64,000 nucleotides of DNA from an uncultured beta proteobacterium (GTDB lineage Bacteria; Pseudomonadota; Gammaproteobacteria; Burkholderiales; SG8-41). The translations under genes and the position numbers were made by a program. The stretch spans positions 135,155-199,154 of the forward strand of contig CALOEN010000021.1 of assembly GCA_942492335.1 (NCBI GenBank), read 5' to 3'. Shown piece after piece: positions 8,592 through 17,767 of this stretch. The notes below the pieces were generated by a model that saw only the letters and a program-made list of their open reading frames with translations, was not told the origin of the DNA and ran no database searches. How positions within the stretch are numbered: the stretch's first letter is position 1; every line of letters starts with the position of its first letter.

Positions 8592-11387
8592 ATGGAACTC
8601 GCCAAGAGTTTTGAGCCGGCCGCGATTGAAGCGCGCTGGTACCCGGCCTGGGAGAGCAACGGCTATTTCAAGGCCGGTCTCGACCAGTCGAACCCGAACA
8701 GCTACTGCATTCTGCTGCCGCCGCCCAACGTCACCGGTACGCTGCACATGGGCCACGGGTTCAATCAGACCATCATGGACGCCCTTACCCGTTATCACCG
8801 GATGAGCGGCGACAACACGCTGTGGCAGCCGGGCACCGATCATGCGGGCATTGCCACCCAGATCGTGGTCGAACGCCAGCTGGAAGCGCAGGGTGTGTCG
8901 CGCCATGAGCTCGGTCGAGGAAAATTTGTCGAGAAAGTATGGGAATGGAAGGAGCACTCCGGCTCTACCATCACGCGCCAGATGCGCCGCCTCGGCACGT
9001 CCTGCGACTGGTCGCGCGAACGCTTTACGATGGACCCGGGCCTGTCCAAGATCGTCACCGAGACTTTCGTCCGCCTTTACAACGAGGGGCTGATCTACCG
9101 CGGCAAGCGGCTGGTGAACTGGGACCCCAGGCTGCTCACCGCCGTGTCCGACCTGGAGGTGGAAAGCGAGGAGGAGGACGGCTTCCTGTGGCATGTTCGC
9201 TATCCACTAACCGACGGCTCGGGTCATCTGACAGTGGCCACGACGCGGCCGGAGACCATGCTTGGCGACACCGCAGTCGCCGTGAACCCGGATGACGCGC
9301 GCTACGCGCACCTCGTCGGCAAGACCATACGCCTGCCGCTGACCATACGCGAGATACCGATCATCGCCGACGCTTACGTCGACATGGCATTCGGCACCGG
9401 CTGCGTGAAGATCACGCCGGCGCACGACTTCAATGACTACCAGATCGGCCAGCGACACCGGCTGTCGACGATCAACATCCTGACGCTGGACGCAAAAATA
9501 AACGACAACGGCCCGATCCCCTACCGTGGACTCGACCGTTATGAAGCACGCCGGAAGATCGTCGCCGACCTCGAGACCCGGGGACTGCTGGAGAAAACCG
9601 AGAAATACCGGCTCAAGGTACCGCGCTGCGGCCGAACCGGGGAAGTGGTCGAACCCATGCTCACCGACCAGTGGTTCGTCGCCATGAGCAAACCCGGCGC
9701 CGACGGTAAATCCATCGCCGGCAAAGCTCTTGAGTGCGTAGCCTCGGGTGAGATAAGGTTTGTGCCGGAAAACTGGGTCAACACCTATAACCAGTGGCTC
9801 AACAACATCCAGGACTGGTGCATCTCGCGCCAATTGTGGTGGGGGCACCAGATCCCGGCGTGGTATGACGACAAGGGCAATGTTTACGTTGCCTTTGACG
9901 AGAACACCGCCAAAGCGCAGGCTGCGGCACAAGGCCACAGCGGCACCCTGAGGCGCGATGAGGACGTGCTCGACACCTGGTACTCCTCGGCGCTGTGGCC
10001 CTTTTCCACGCTCGACTGGACACCCGACTATCCGGCCAAGTCGAATCCCGCGCTTGATCTTTACCTGCCGTCTTCGGTGCTGGTCACAGGGTTCGACATC
10101 ATTTTCTTCTGGGTGGCGCGCATGGTCATGATGACCAAGCACATCACCGGCAAGATCCCGTTCAGGCATGTCTATGTCCACGGTCTGATCCGCGACGCCG
10201 AAGGACAAAAGATGTCGAAGTCCAAGGGCAATGTGCTCGACCCGATCGACCTGATCGACGGCATCGGCATCGAGGATCTGGTCAGAAAGCGCACCACCGG
10301 ACTCATGGACCCGCGCCAGGCGCAGACTATTGAAAAGCACACCCGCAAGGAATTCCCGCAAGGGATACCCGCTTTCGGCACCGATGCGCTGCGTTTCACC
10401 TTCGCCAGCCTTGCCTCTCCCGGCCGCGACATCAAGTTCGATCTCGCGCGCTGCGACGGTTATCGCAATTTCTGCAACAAGCTGTGGAACGCCACGCGCT
10501 TCGTACTGATGAACTGTTCGGGCAAAGACACCGGGCTGGACGATATGCTGCCGGTCGAATTATCGACCGCCGACAAATGGATGGTAAGCCGGCTGCAACG
10601 CGCGGAAGCAGACGCGCAACAGGCGTTCCAAGACTACCGTTTTGACAATCTGGCGCGCGGCCTGTACGAGCTGGTCTGGGATGAGTACTGCGACTGGTAC
10701 GTCGAATTGGCGAAAGTGCAGCTTGGCGCAGGCAGCGATGAGCAACAGCGCGGTACACGGCGAACGTTGGTCCGCGTACTGGAAACCATCCTGCGGCTCG
10801 CGCATCCATTGATTCCGTTCATTACCGAGGAACTGTGGCAGAAAGTTGCGCCGCTTGCGGGGAAAAGCGGTAACTCCGTCATGCTGCAGCCGTACCCCGC
10901 GCCGCAGCCGGAGCGCATCGACGAGGCCGCGGAGATGGATGTCGCGATCCTCAAGCAACTGGTGACGGCCTGCCGCACTTTGAGAAGCGAGATGGGCATC
11001 TCGCCTTCACAGAAACTGCCGTTGCTGGCGCAGGGCGACCCGGCGCGCCTCACGACCTATACCCCCTACCTCGCCGCGCTGGCGCGTCTGTCGGTAGTGG
11101 TCATCGCCAATCCGTTGCCCTCGGCTGACGCGCCGGTTTCCATCGTCGGCGAGTACCGGCTCATGCTCAAGGTGGAAATCGATCTGGTTGCAGAGCGCGA
11201 GCGGCTCAACAAAGAACTGGCCCGGCTCGAGAATGAAATCAGCAAATCCCGGGCCAAGCTCGACAATCCGGGATTCGTCGAACGCGCGCCACCGCCGGTC
11301 GTCGCTCTGGAAAGGCAGCGGCTTGAAAAATTCAGCTCGACGTTGGACGAAGTCAGGCAGCAGCTTGCCAAGCTCGGCGGTGTTTAA
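8592..11387 (+). CDS. valS: Valine--tRNA ligase (core enzyme; the ORF is open upstream to 8013/7902)
   Basis: [30 protein letters not shown] motif ([12 protein letters not shown]), KMSKS motif, C-terminal coiled coil. Confidence 0.93.
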   Translation: MELAKSFEPAAIEARWYPAWESNGYFKAGLDQSNPNSYCILLPPPNVTGTLHMGHGFNQTIMDALTRYHRMSGDNTLWQPGTDHAGIATQIVVERQLEAQGVSRHELGRGKFVEKVWEWKEHSGSTITRQMRRLGTSCDWSRERFTMDPGLSKIVTETFVRLYNEGLIYRGKRLVNWDPRLLTAVSDLEVESEEEDGFLWHVRYPLTDGSGHLTVATTRPETMLGDTAVAVNPDDARYAHLVGKTIRLPLTIREIPIIADAYVDMAFGTGCVKITPAHDFNDYQIGQRHRLSTINILTLDAKINDNGPIPYRGLDRYEARRKIVADLETRGLLEKTEKYRLKVPRCGRTGEVVEPMLTDQWFVAMSKPGADGKSIAGKALECVASGEIRFVPENWVNTYNQWLNNIQDWCISRQLWWGHQIPAWYDDKGNVYVAFDENTAKAQAAAQGHSGTLRRDEDVLDTWYSSALWPFSTLDWTPDYPAKSNPALDLYLPSSVLVTGFDIIFFWVARMVMMTKHITGKIPFRHVYVHGLIRDAEGQKMSKSKGNVLDPIDLIDGIGIEDLVRKRTTGLMDPRQAQTIEKHTRKEFPQGIPAFGTDALRFTFASLASPGRDIKFDLARCDGYRNFCNKLWNATRFVLMNCSGKDTGLDDMLPVELSTADKWMVSRLQRAEADAQQAFQDYRFDNLARGLYELVWDEYCDWYVELAKVQLGAGSDEQQRGTRRTLVRVLETILRLAHPLIPFITEELWQKVAPLAGKSGNSVMLQPYPAPQPERIDEAAEMDVAILKQLVTACRTLRSEMGISPSQKLPLLAQGDPARLTTYTPYLAALARLSVVVIANPLPSADAPVSIVGEYRLMLKVEIDLVAERERLNKELARLENEISKSRAKLDNPGFVERAPPPVVALERQRLEKFSSTLDEVRQQLAKLGGV

Positions 11388-11395
11388 CCCCAGTG

Positions 11396-11479
11396 GACAG
11401 GATTTACAAACCAGGAAATTTCTTAAAACATTAAGTTGAATTCATCCTGTTAATTCTGATCACTCCTGTAAATCCTGTC
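11396..11479. repeat. 13-bp perfect inverted repeat (GACAGGATTTACA ... TGTAAATCCTGTC) downstream of valS
   Basis: Arms at 11396..11408 and 11467..11479, followed by TATTTT. Lies between the valS stop and the MFS gene start. Possible terminator or operator. Confidence 0.5.
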
Positions 11480-11502
11480 TATTTTCAGATTGGGCCCGAG
11501 GC

Positions 11503-12762
11503 ATGAAACATTCGCTTCGCGCATTCCGCCACCGCAACTACCGGCTGTTTTTCTTCGGGCAATCGCTGTCCGTCATCGGCAGCTGGACCCAGCAGATAGC
11601 GATGAGCTGGCTGGTTTACCGTCTCACCGGTTCAGCCTGGCTGCTGGGCGTCACCGCTTTTTCCGGTCAGATTGCGATTTTGCTCATTGCGCCCTTCGGC
11701 GGCATCTGGGCCGATCGCCTCGACCGCCGCAAACTGTTGATCGTGACCCAGAGCCTGGCCATGGCCCAGGCCATCGCCCTCGCAGCCCTGACCTATGCGG
11801 GACTGGTCGAGGTTTGGCATGTTATCGCAATGGCCGCACTGCTCGGCGTCGTGATTGCCTTCGACACGCCGGTCCGCCAGTCCTTCACGCCGGAAATGGT
11901 GCCGTCGAAACAAGACCTGCCGAGCGCCATCGCATTCAATGCCGTAATGCAAAACAGCGGTCGCATGATCGGACCGACCATAGCCGGCATATTGCTCACG
12001 ATGTCGAGCGAGGCGTTCTGTTTTCTGGCGAATGGCATTTCCAAGCTCGCCGTCATCGCCAGCCTCACCATGATAGTCGTTGCGCCCCACGTCAAGCCGC
12101 TGACAAAAACCCGGCTCTGGACAAGTTTCAGGGAGGGCGCAACTTACACCTGGGATCTGGTGCCGATCCGGTTGCTGCTGCCCATGGTGGCGCTCGCGAG
12201 TTTCATGTTGACGCCGTATCAGACATTGATGCCGATCTTTGCGGCGGAGATATTCAGCGGCGATGCGCGCACGCTGGGCTTCCTGATCAGCGGCGCAGGC
12301 TTGGGCGCCATCATCGGCATGTTCTACCTGGCATCACGGCGCGACGTGCGCGGGCTCGCACGCTGGATCGTGTTCGCCGCGGCACTCGCCGGCGCGGCGA
12401 TCATCGGATTCGCCTATTCGCGGCTGTTGCCGCTGTCGCTCCTGCTGATCACGGTGACCGGCTTCGGCATCATCGTCATGGCCAATTCGACCAGCCAGAT
12501 CCTGCAAACCATCGTCGCAGACGACAAGCGTGGCCGCGTCATGAGCTTCTTCGTCATGGCGTTTCTCGGCATGCAGCCGATCGGCAGTCTTGCTGCCGGG
12601 GCGCTGGCATCGTGGATCGGCGCCACGCATACGCTCGCACTGGGTGGATTGTGCACCATGGCCGGGGCCTACGCGCTGTGGCGCCAGCTGCCCTTGCTGA
12701 GACGACATATCCAGCCGATCTACATCAAGCTCGGCATCATTCCCACGCCGTCGCCAGACTAG
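11503..12762 (+). CDS. MFS transporter (MFS_3 / enterobactin-exporter-like family)
   Basis: MKHSLRAFRHRNYRLFFFGQSLSVIGSWTQQIAMSWLVYRLTGSAWLLG. About 12 hydrophobic helices. Confidence 0.8.
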   Translation: MKHSLRAFRHRNYRLFFFGQSLSVIGSWTQQIAMSWLVYRLTGSAWLLGVTAFSGQIAILLIAPFGGIWADRLDRRKLLIVTQSLAMAQAIALAALTYAGLVEVWHVIAMAALLGVVIAFDTPVRQSFTPEMVPSKQDLPSAIAFNAVMQNSGRMIGPTIAGILLTMSSEAFCFLANGISKLAVIASLTMIVVAPHVKPLTKTRLWTSFREGATYTWDLVPIRLLLPMVALASFMLTPYQTLMPIFAAEIFSGDARTLGFLISGAGLGAIIGMFYLASRRDVRGLARWIVFAAALAGAAIIGFAYSRLLPLSLLLITVTGFGIIVMANSTSQILQTIVADDKRGRVMSFFVMAFLGMQPIGSLAAGALASWIGATHTLALGGLCTMAGAYALWRQLPLLRRHIQPIYIKLGIIPTPSPD

Positions 12763-12854
12763 ACCTGTCTTTCAGACCCGGCGCGCACTATCGGCATTGC
12801 CGTGTCCGCCAGGCTCAAGATAGACTGGTCGTCTATGCGGTGTCATGGAAACAT

Positions 12855-13454
12855 ATGGATCCGATCGCTGTAGTGGCCATGGCCGCAGGGCTGGGATGGG
12901 CAAGCGGCATGCGGCTATATGCCGTGCTGTTCTTTCTCGGTGTCCTGCACTACACCGGCGCATATGCCCTTCCGGCAGATCTGCAAGTGCTCGCTCACCC
13001 CACCGTGATGGCGATTACGGGGTTTTTGTTTTTCGTCGAATTCTTCGCCGACAAGATCCCGGGCTTTGATACGCTGTGGGACGCGCTGCAAACCTTCATC
13101 CGTATTCCGGGCGGCGCGCTGCTTGCCGCAGCGGCGATCGCGGGCGGCGATCCCGCACTCGGCATTGCTGCCGGCCTGCTGGGAGGGGCGATGGCTGCAG
13201 GCAGCCACCTCACCAAGTCCGGCAGCCGGGCGCTGATCAACACCTCTCCGGAACCGATAAGCAACTGGGTCGCCTCCTTCAGCGAAGATACGCTGGCGTT
13301 GGCCGGGTTGTGGGTAGCATTGAAATACCCGCTGATTTTTCTCATCCTGCTCACGCTGTTCATAACTTGTGCATTGTGGCTGCTGCCCAAGCTGTGGCGC
13401 AGCATAAAACGCGTTTTCGGCGGAATTCGTCGCTTGTCCGGCCCCGGCGTGTAG
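12855..13454 (+). CDS. DUF4126 family membrane protein
   Basis: ATG 12855: MDPIAVVAMAAGLGWASGMRLYAVLFFLGVL...FFVEFFADKIPGFDTLWDALQTFIRIPGGALLAAA. It is only the 3' part of the 654-aa track ORF 11490..13454. Confidence 0.7.
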   Translation: MDPIAVVAMAAGLGWASGMRLYAVLFFLGVLHYTGAYALPADLQVLAHPTVMAITGFLFFVEFFADKIPGFDTLWDALQTFIRIPGGALLAAAAIAGGDPALGIAAGLLGGAMAAGSHLTKSGSRALINTSPEPISNWVASFSEDTLALAGLWVALKYPLIFLILLTLFITCALWLLPKLWRSIKRVFGGIRRLSGPGV

Positions 13455-13460
13455 CCTAGG

Positions 13461-13524
13461 CCTAACCATTACCGCGTGAGTAAATCGCCTCCGTCGTACC
13501 ATGTGGTAATGGTTAACAGGCCCT
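13461..13524. repeat. Imperfect palindromic element between convergent genes; related to the palindrome at 53685..53732
   Basis: CCTAACCATTACC (13461..13473) pairs with GGTAATGGTTA (13505..13515). The right half GTGGTAATGGTTAACAGGCCCT matches GTGGTAATTGTTAACAGTCCCT at 53711..53732 in 20 of 22 positions. Confidence 0.7.
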
Positions 13525-13915
13525 ACTCGCCGCCCCAGCCGTACTGTCCGCAAAACAGCTTCATTTTTTCGACGATCTCCGCTTGCTCGAAAAAGCGGTC
13601 GGCGCGGGAGCGCCTGGCCTCGTCGCGTACATCGGGCGTTCCACCAAAGCAGATGATGGCGATGTTGAGCATCATCTCCATCCGGACCTGGCGGATGACA
13701 TCGAGCGCATCGTATGACTCGTGATCGTCGAGGTCGAGCAGGATAAAGCGATATTGCAGAATATCCTGGAAGCCACCGAGCGTCGCGAGGTCCGAGGTTG
13801 CCGCCATCTCCCAACCGGAGGGCAATGCATCGCTCAAGCGGGCGATTATCGCCTTGTCTTCGCTCACGACAATAAAGCGACGCTGCAGGCGCGAGGCCGG
13901 AGTCGGTATGGCCAT
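13523..13915 (-). CDS. Single-domain response-regulator receiver-like protein (degenerate)
   Basis: FIVVSEDKAII..., FILLDLDD (candidate phospho-acceptor Asp). No clear conserved Lys. 130 aa. Confidence 0.5.
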   Translation of the reverse strand: MAIPTPASRLQRRFIVVSEDKAIIARLSDALPSGWEMAATSDLATLGGFQDILQYRFILLDLDDHESYDALDVIRQVRMEMMLNIAIICFGGTPDVRDEARRSRADRFFEQAEIVEKMKLFCGQYGWGGE

Positions 13916-13917
13916 GG

Positions 13918-14577
13918 CTAGTATTTCCCCGGCATGAACGGCGGCCGGCGGCCCACCAGACTTTCCAGCAACACCAGTTCGGCGTCGGTATGGTTGATCA
14001 CCGGCGCGGTTTCGATCATGCGCGGCATACCCTTGGGGTAGATATAACGCGGCTGGTCATGGTGCCCGGTGCGCACAGTTTCCGCCTCCTGCGGATCGTC
14101 CAGCGGCACGAGTTCCGCTGTGCCGTAGCACGTGCAGACGTAAGTGCGGGCTGCTTCGGCCTCGATGTATACCGCGGTGCCGCGGATGCCTATCGCCGCG
14201 GTCTGGGTCCGGATTTGCCTGATGCTGCCCGGTTTAAATACCGAGAGCAGCGCGCCGGTCGCCACGCGTAGCAGGCTGGCCGCCGTCTGACCCGCCCGCG
14301 TCGTGAACTCGACGCTCGTATCGCCGCGCATGAGGTACGCATCGCGCGCCATGACTACGACGAGTTCCGCATCGCGTCCCGTGGTGATCAAGCTTCCGGG
14401 CTTGACCCGCATCCCGCGCCTGGCAGGCATGCCATTAATGTGCGCCTCGCCCTGCAAGCTATGCACACCTTCTTTCACCACGCCCGCCGCCAGCGCCTGC
14501 CGCAGCCCCGCCAGGCCCAGCGCCATGCCGCCCGCTGCCGCACCCTTGAGCCATATTCTTCTCGAACTCACATTCAT
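13918..14577 (-). CDS. FecR-domain-like protein with Tat-type signal peptide
   Basis: MNVSSRRIWLKGAAAGGMALGLAGL (twin-Arg). GSLITTGRDAELVVVMARDAYLMRGDTSVEF resembles the FecR beta-domain. Confidence 0.55.
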   Translation of the reverse strand: MNVSSRRIWLKGAAAGGMALGLAGLRQALAAGVVKEGVHSLQGEAHINGMPARRGMRVKPGSLITTGRDAELVVVMARDAYLMRGDTSVEFTTRAGQTAASLLRVATGALLSVFKPGSIRQIRTQTAAIGIRGTAVYIEAEAARTYVCTCYGTAELVPLDDPQEAETVRTGHHDQPRYIYPKGMPRMIETAPVINHTDAELVLLESLVGRRPPFMPGKY

Positions 14578-14604
14578 TAATCCTTAAAAACGCAACTCAG
14601 TCCT

Positions 14605-15462
14605 TCAACCCGTGCGAAGCTGTCGGCTGATCACCACGCCGTCGCGCACCAGGCTCAACTCAATGCCGTCCGGCTGGCGCCGCTCGTGAAGAAACATGCC
14701 CGCCTTGATTTTCAAACCGTCCTTCAACATTTTTGTGCCGCTTGCCGCGGCCGTTTGAGCGGACTCCAGCAATGCTTCGTCGCGCGCCGCAAGTTCAGCC
14801 GCGCTCAAGACGAAATCGGCAAGCCGCCAACCCAGCTCTTTCTCTGCCGCAACGCGAAACGCATCGCGCAGGGTACTTTCCTCCGGCGGGAGCTGGTGGC
14901 TTTCCCAGTCGGTCATCGCCTGCGCCAGTGCCGCCAGCAGCCATACGCGAAACTCGGTTGAAGGGCTGGCGATGCAGCGCGCGAAACGTTCGGCCGGAAA
15001 GCGCAGAAGAAAGCTGCTTGCGAATACCGCGCAGCGTCCAATGGTTGCCGCGCCGCTGCCGGCGATCTTGCGTCCGGCGAGCCACAGATCCTGCTCGCGA
15101 CGCTCGACCGGCAATCCAAAGTGGCGGTAAGTCGCGAGCGCGGGCGCAAGACCCCATTCAAACCAGTCGGAGGGACGGGGCGGTGCATGCTCCAGCGGTG
15201 CAATCAGCACAAAACAATATTGCGACTCATCGACCCACACCGCGCCACCGCCAAGCGGTCGCGTGATGACCGGCACCTCGAGTCCCGCAGCCAACTCGGC
15301 GCAACGATCCTGGCTCTGTCCGAGAGAAATGTGCGGCGTGCTGCGGCCCCATAACACGACAGGAGCATCACCTCGCTGCAGTACATCGGCGATACCCGTG
15401 TACGTCGCGTGAAACTGCGCCGGTCCGACCAGCCCGATATCCACCATTCGCGCGGCTTTCAT
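14605..15462 (-). CDS. Biotin/lipoate A/B protein ligase (BPL_LplA_LipB) family protein, second copy in the window
   Basis: VVLWGRSTPHISLGQSQ...LEVPVITRPLGGGAVWVDESQYCFVLI...DLWLAGRKIAGSGAATIG. These are the LplA-type catalytic-core motifs, including the GRKI-G-S lysine. Confidence 0.65.
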   Translation of the reverse strand: MKAARMVDIGLVGPAQFHATYTGIADVLQRGDAPVVLWGRSTPHISLGQSQDRCAELAAGLEVPVITRPLGGGAVWVDESQYCFVLIAPLEHAPPRPSDWFEWGLAPALATYRHFGLPVERREQDLWLAGRKIAGSGAATIGRCAVFASSFLLRFPAERFARCIASPSTEFRVWLLAALAQAMTDWESHQLPPEESTLRDAFRVAAEKELGWRLADFVLSAAELAARDEALLESAQTAAASGTKMLKDGLKIKAGMFLHERRQPDGIELSLVRDGVVISRQLRTG

Positions 15463-15554
15463 TGCGCTGTGGCACCAAGGCGATGGATTGTATAAATAAT
15501 CAATATAATCAGGTTGTTATATTATTATCAGCTGGTTCGAAAGCGGACCGGCCG

Positions 15555-15827
15555 TCACTGCTCGATCAGAACACCGGCCTCTCTCACAGCCTGATTCCAG
15601 TGTTGCATGACGTTGGCGGCCTTATCGATGAGCAAGGTGTTTCCGCCACGGTCCACCAGCACGGCGAGCCGGTTGATGGTGGCCGCGGCCTCATACTGCA
15701 ACGCGATGAGCGCGGCCTTGGGTTTGGACATGCTTTTCCCCGCCAATTCGACTTTTTCAGCAAAGGACTCGACCGACCGGGCTTGTTCAACCACCCGCAA
15801 CCGTTCCGCCACTGGGATTCTGCTCAT
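15555..15827 (-). CDS. Hypothetical small protein (90 aa)
   Basis: Strong RBS (AGGAGG 7 nt before the ATG at 15827). No family recognised. Confidence 0.55.
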   Translation of the reverse strand: MSRIPVAERLRVVEQARSVESFAEKVELAGKSMSKPKAALIALQYEAAATINRLAVLVDRGGNTLLIDKAANVMQHWNQAVREAGVLIEQ

Positions 15828-15882
15828 ACCTTACCTCCTGATGGCAAGTTAGCTTGGAGATGACACTTCGGGCTGATGCGTA

Positions 15883-16287
15883 TCAGTTGCACTTGTCACC
15901 CGCCTTGAAAAATTTCTCGAAGTAGAACTCGCGTTTGGCCAGCGCTTCCAGTTCATGCGCGCGCTGCACCATGCCTTCATTGAGGATGGCCGCCAGGTGC
16001 TCGCCCTGCTCGGCGTCGAGGACATGGATCTGGGAAGCAAATGGCATGCCGTTCAAATCCTCGTCGACCCTGATGATGTCGGCGGCAAGCCCTTCCAGCG
16101 GCTGCATATGCAGCAGCCAGGCCTTGCACTCCGGGTCTTCAGGATCCAATGGGCACAGCACGATCTTGCCCAGCCATGCCAGCCGCGACACCTGGTTGAA
16201 CAGGCGGATGTCGAGCTTCTTGCCCTTGCGGTATTTGTTGAGCTCGTTTTTGATCTTGCCGATATCGGTTACCGCAATAGTCTTCAT
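15883..16287 (-). CDS. Hypothetical protein (134 aa)
   Basis: Start taken at MKTIAVTDIGKIKNELNKYRKGKK (ATG 16287). Coding-like codon bias. No family recognised. Confidence 0.5.
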   Translation of the reverse strand: MKTIAVTDIGKIKNELNKYRKGKKLDIRLFNQVSRLAWLGKIVLCPLDPEDPECKAWLLHMQPLEGLAADIIRVDEDLNGMPFASQIHVLDAEQGEHLAAILNEGMVQRAHELEALAKREFYFEKFFKAGDKCN

Positions 16288-16344
16288 AGCCCTGCTTTCA
16301 CGTCGCTGGAGTTGTTGCAAGCATATCACCCGGCCGGCGGACAC

Positions 16345-16377
16345 AAAAGAAAAGGGCTGTGTATCACAGCCCTTTTC
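16345..16377 (-). terminator. Rho-independent terminator after the FadL-like gene (bidirectional hairpin)
   Basis: GGGCTGTG-tat-CACAGCCC (16354..16372) flanked by A and T runs. Minus-sense reads hairpin + TTTTCTTTTG. Confidence 0.75.
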
Positions 16378-16402
16378 ACTTCCAGTTCGTTAAAATTTCA
16401 GG

Positions 16403-17725
16403 CTACATTTTCCAGCCGTATGAGATGCCGAAGGAGTCCTGGTGCATTTTCAGGGTTTCAGTCCCGAAATTAGCACCACCCGTAAACGTGGTTATGGCAG
16501 AGGGCCCGGTAACCTTATTTTGAAACGCGTGCATGTAGGCAAAGGTAAGCTCGCCACCAGTACTGGTCTTGTAGGTCGACCCCAATGTCAGATGTTTTTC
16601 AACCACGCCGGGAGCGATGATGTTGAAAGTGACATCGTCGGCCGTTTTGCCTATGGGCGACTTGCCGTAGTTGAACCCGCCGCGCAGCGTCAAGGCATTG
16701 CTGTACTGATGTTCGAGACCGAGTTTATATACGGTCTGATCCTCCCAGTGGAAACCTGAGCCGCAGTTCGAGCCGAGCGGACAGGCGGGCGGCGCCGAGA
16801 GGCTGTTGAGCACGCCGTTGGAGACAGATGTGACGCCGCCGTAGTTGATGCGCTGGACATCGAACGCGATCATCATCTTGGGCGACGCCTGCACAGCGAT
16901 GCCGAGGTTGTAGTTCTCGGGAATATCAAAACCACCCTGTTGGGCGAACAGCCCCTTGTATTTGTTGAAGTCGCCCATATTCACTTTGCTGGAATAGGCT
17001 GCGCCCAGGCTTACGGTATTGGTTACCTTGCCCATCCAGCCCACACGTACACCGAAGCCAGTGGAACTGTCATAGCCCTGGTCGGTGAGATCGTTGGGGT
17101 TTGAACTGACGGCCTTGAACGCCTGCAGGCCACTGACCTTGAAACGTTGATACGCCAGCAGCGGGGAAATACCAATGGAATTATTGGCATTGACCTTGTA
17201 TGCGGCGGTGGGCGCAACGATGAGCTGCATCAAATCCACCCCCAGATTGCCGCAGCCCAACAGCATGTTTGCCTGGCCGCCGCCGCATTCCGGCGCAAAC
17301 GAAGGGCCGGCCAACGTTGAGTTGAAGTCGGTGTTCATGCCGCCATTGCCATAGACGGTCACCCCCAGCGCCAGGTTGGGATTGATCATTTTGTTGTAGC
17401 CGAACTCCGGAATAACGAAATAGTTACTGTCGCTTTTCACACTGCCATTGTAAACGCCACCGAACGCGGTCTCGCCCTGCCGCGACACCGAGCGCCGCGG
17501 GCTGAACAGATCAGCGCCGAAGTCGATGCGGTCGCCGACCCACACCATCTTGGCGGGATTGACCGCGCCGCCGAAGGTGTCTTCGGCCGTTGCGGTCGCA
17601 GCGCCCCCCATGCCCTTGGCTTTCATGCCGTAGCCATGTGAAAAATAACCGTTGGTCGCAAATGAGAATGCCGGCGCGCAGCACGCGGCGACGACTGCCA
17701 GCTTGATGCCGTTCTTCAGTTTCAT
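16403..17725 (-). CDS. Outer-membrane transport protein, OMPP1/FadL/TodX family
   Basis: Signal peptide MKLKNGIKLAVVAACCAPAFSFA. TNGYFSHGYGMKAKGMGGAATA N-terminal hatch motif. Alternating beta-strand pattern to the C-terminus. Confidence 0.85.
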   Translation of the reverse strand: MKLKNGIKLAVVAACCAPAFSFATNGYFSHGYGMKAKGMGGAATATAEDTFGGAVNPAKMVWVGDRIDFGADLFSPRRSVSRQGETAFGGVYNGSVKSDSNYFVIPEFGYNKMINPNLALGVTVYGNGGMNTDFNSTLAGPSFAPECGGGQANMLLGCGNLGVDLMQLIVAPTAAYKVNANNSIGISPLLAYQRFKVSGLQAFKAVSSNPNDLTDQGYDSSTGFGVRVGWMGKVTNTVSLGAAYSSKVNMGDFNKYKGLFAQQGGFDIPENYNLGIAVQASPKMMIAFDVQRINYGGVTSVSNGVLNSLSAPPACPLGSNCGSGFHWEDQTVYKLGLEHQYSNALTLRGGFNYGKSPIGKTADDVTFNIIAPGVVEKHLTLGSTYKTSTGGELTFAYMHAFQNKVTGPSAITTFTGGANFGTETLKMHQDSFGISYGWKM

Positions 17726-17767
17726 GGCGTACCCCTTCTTCAGATGTTGCGTTACGATCAGATCAGA

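Noticed and set aside
11490-12854. The 5' two-thirds of the 654-aa ORF 11490..13454.
   Set aside because: It overlaps the MFS transporter in another frame and gives a Pro/Arg/His-rich nonsense translation. Only the last 199 codons (from ATG 12855) look like a real DUF4126 protein.
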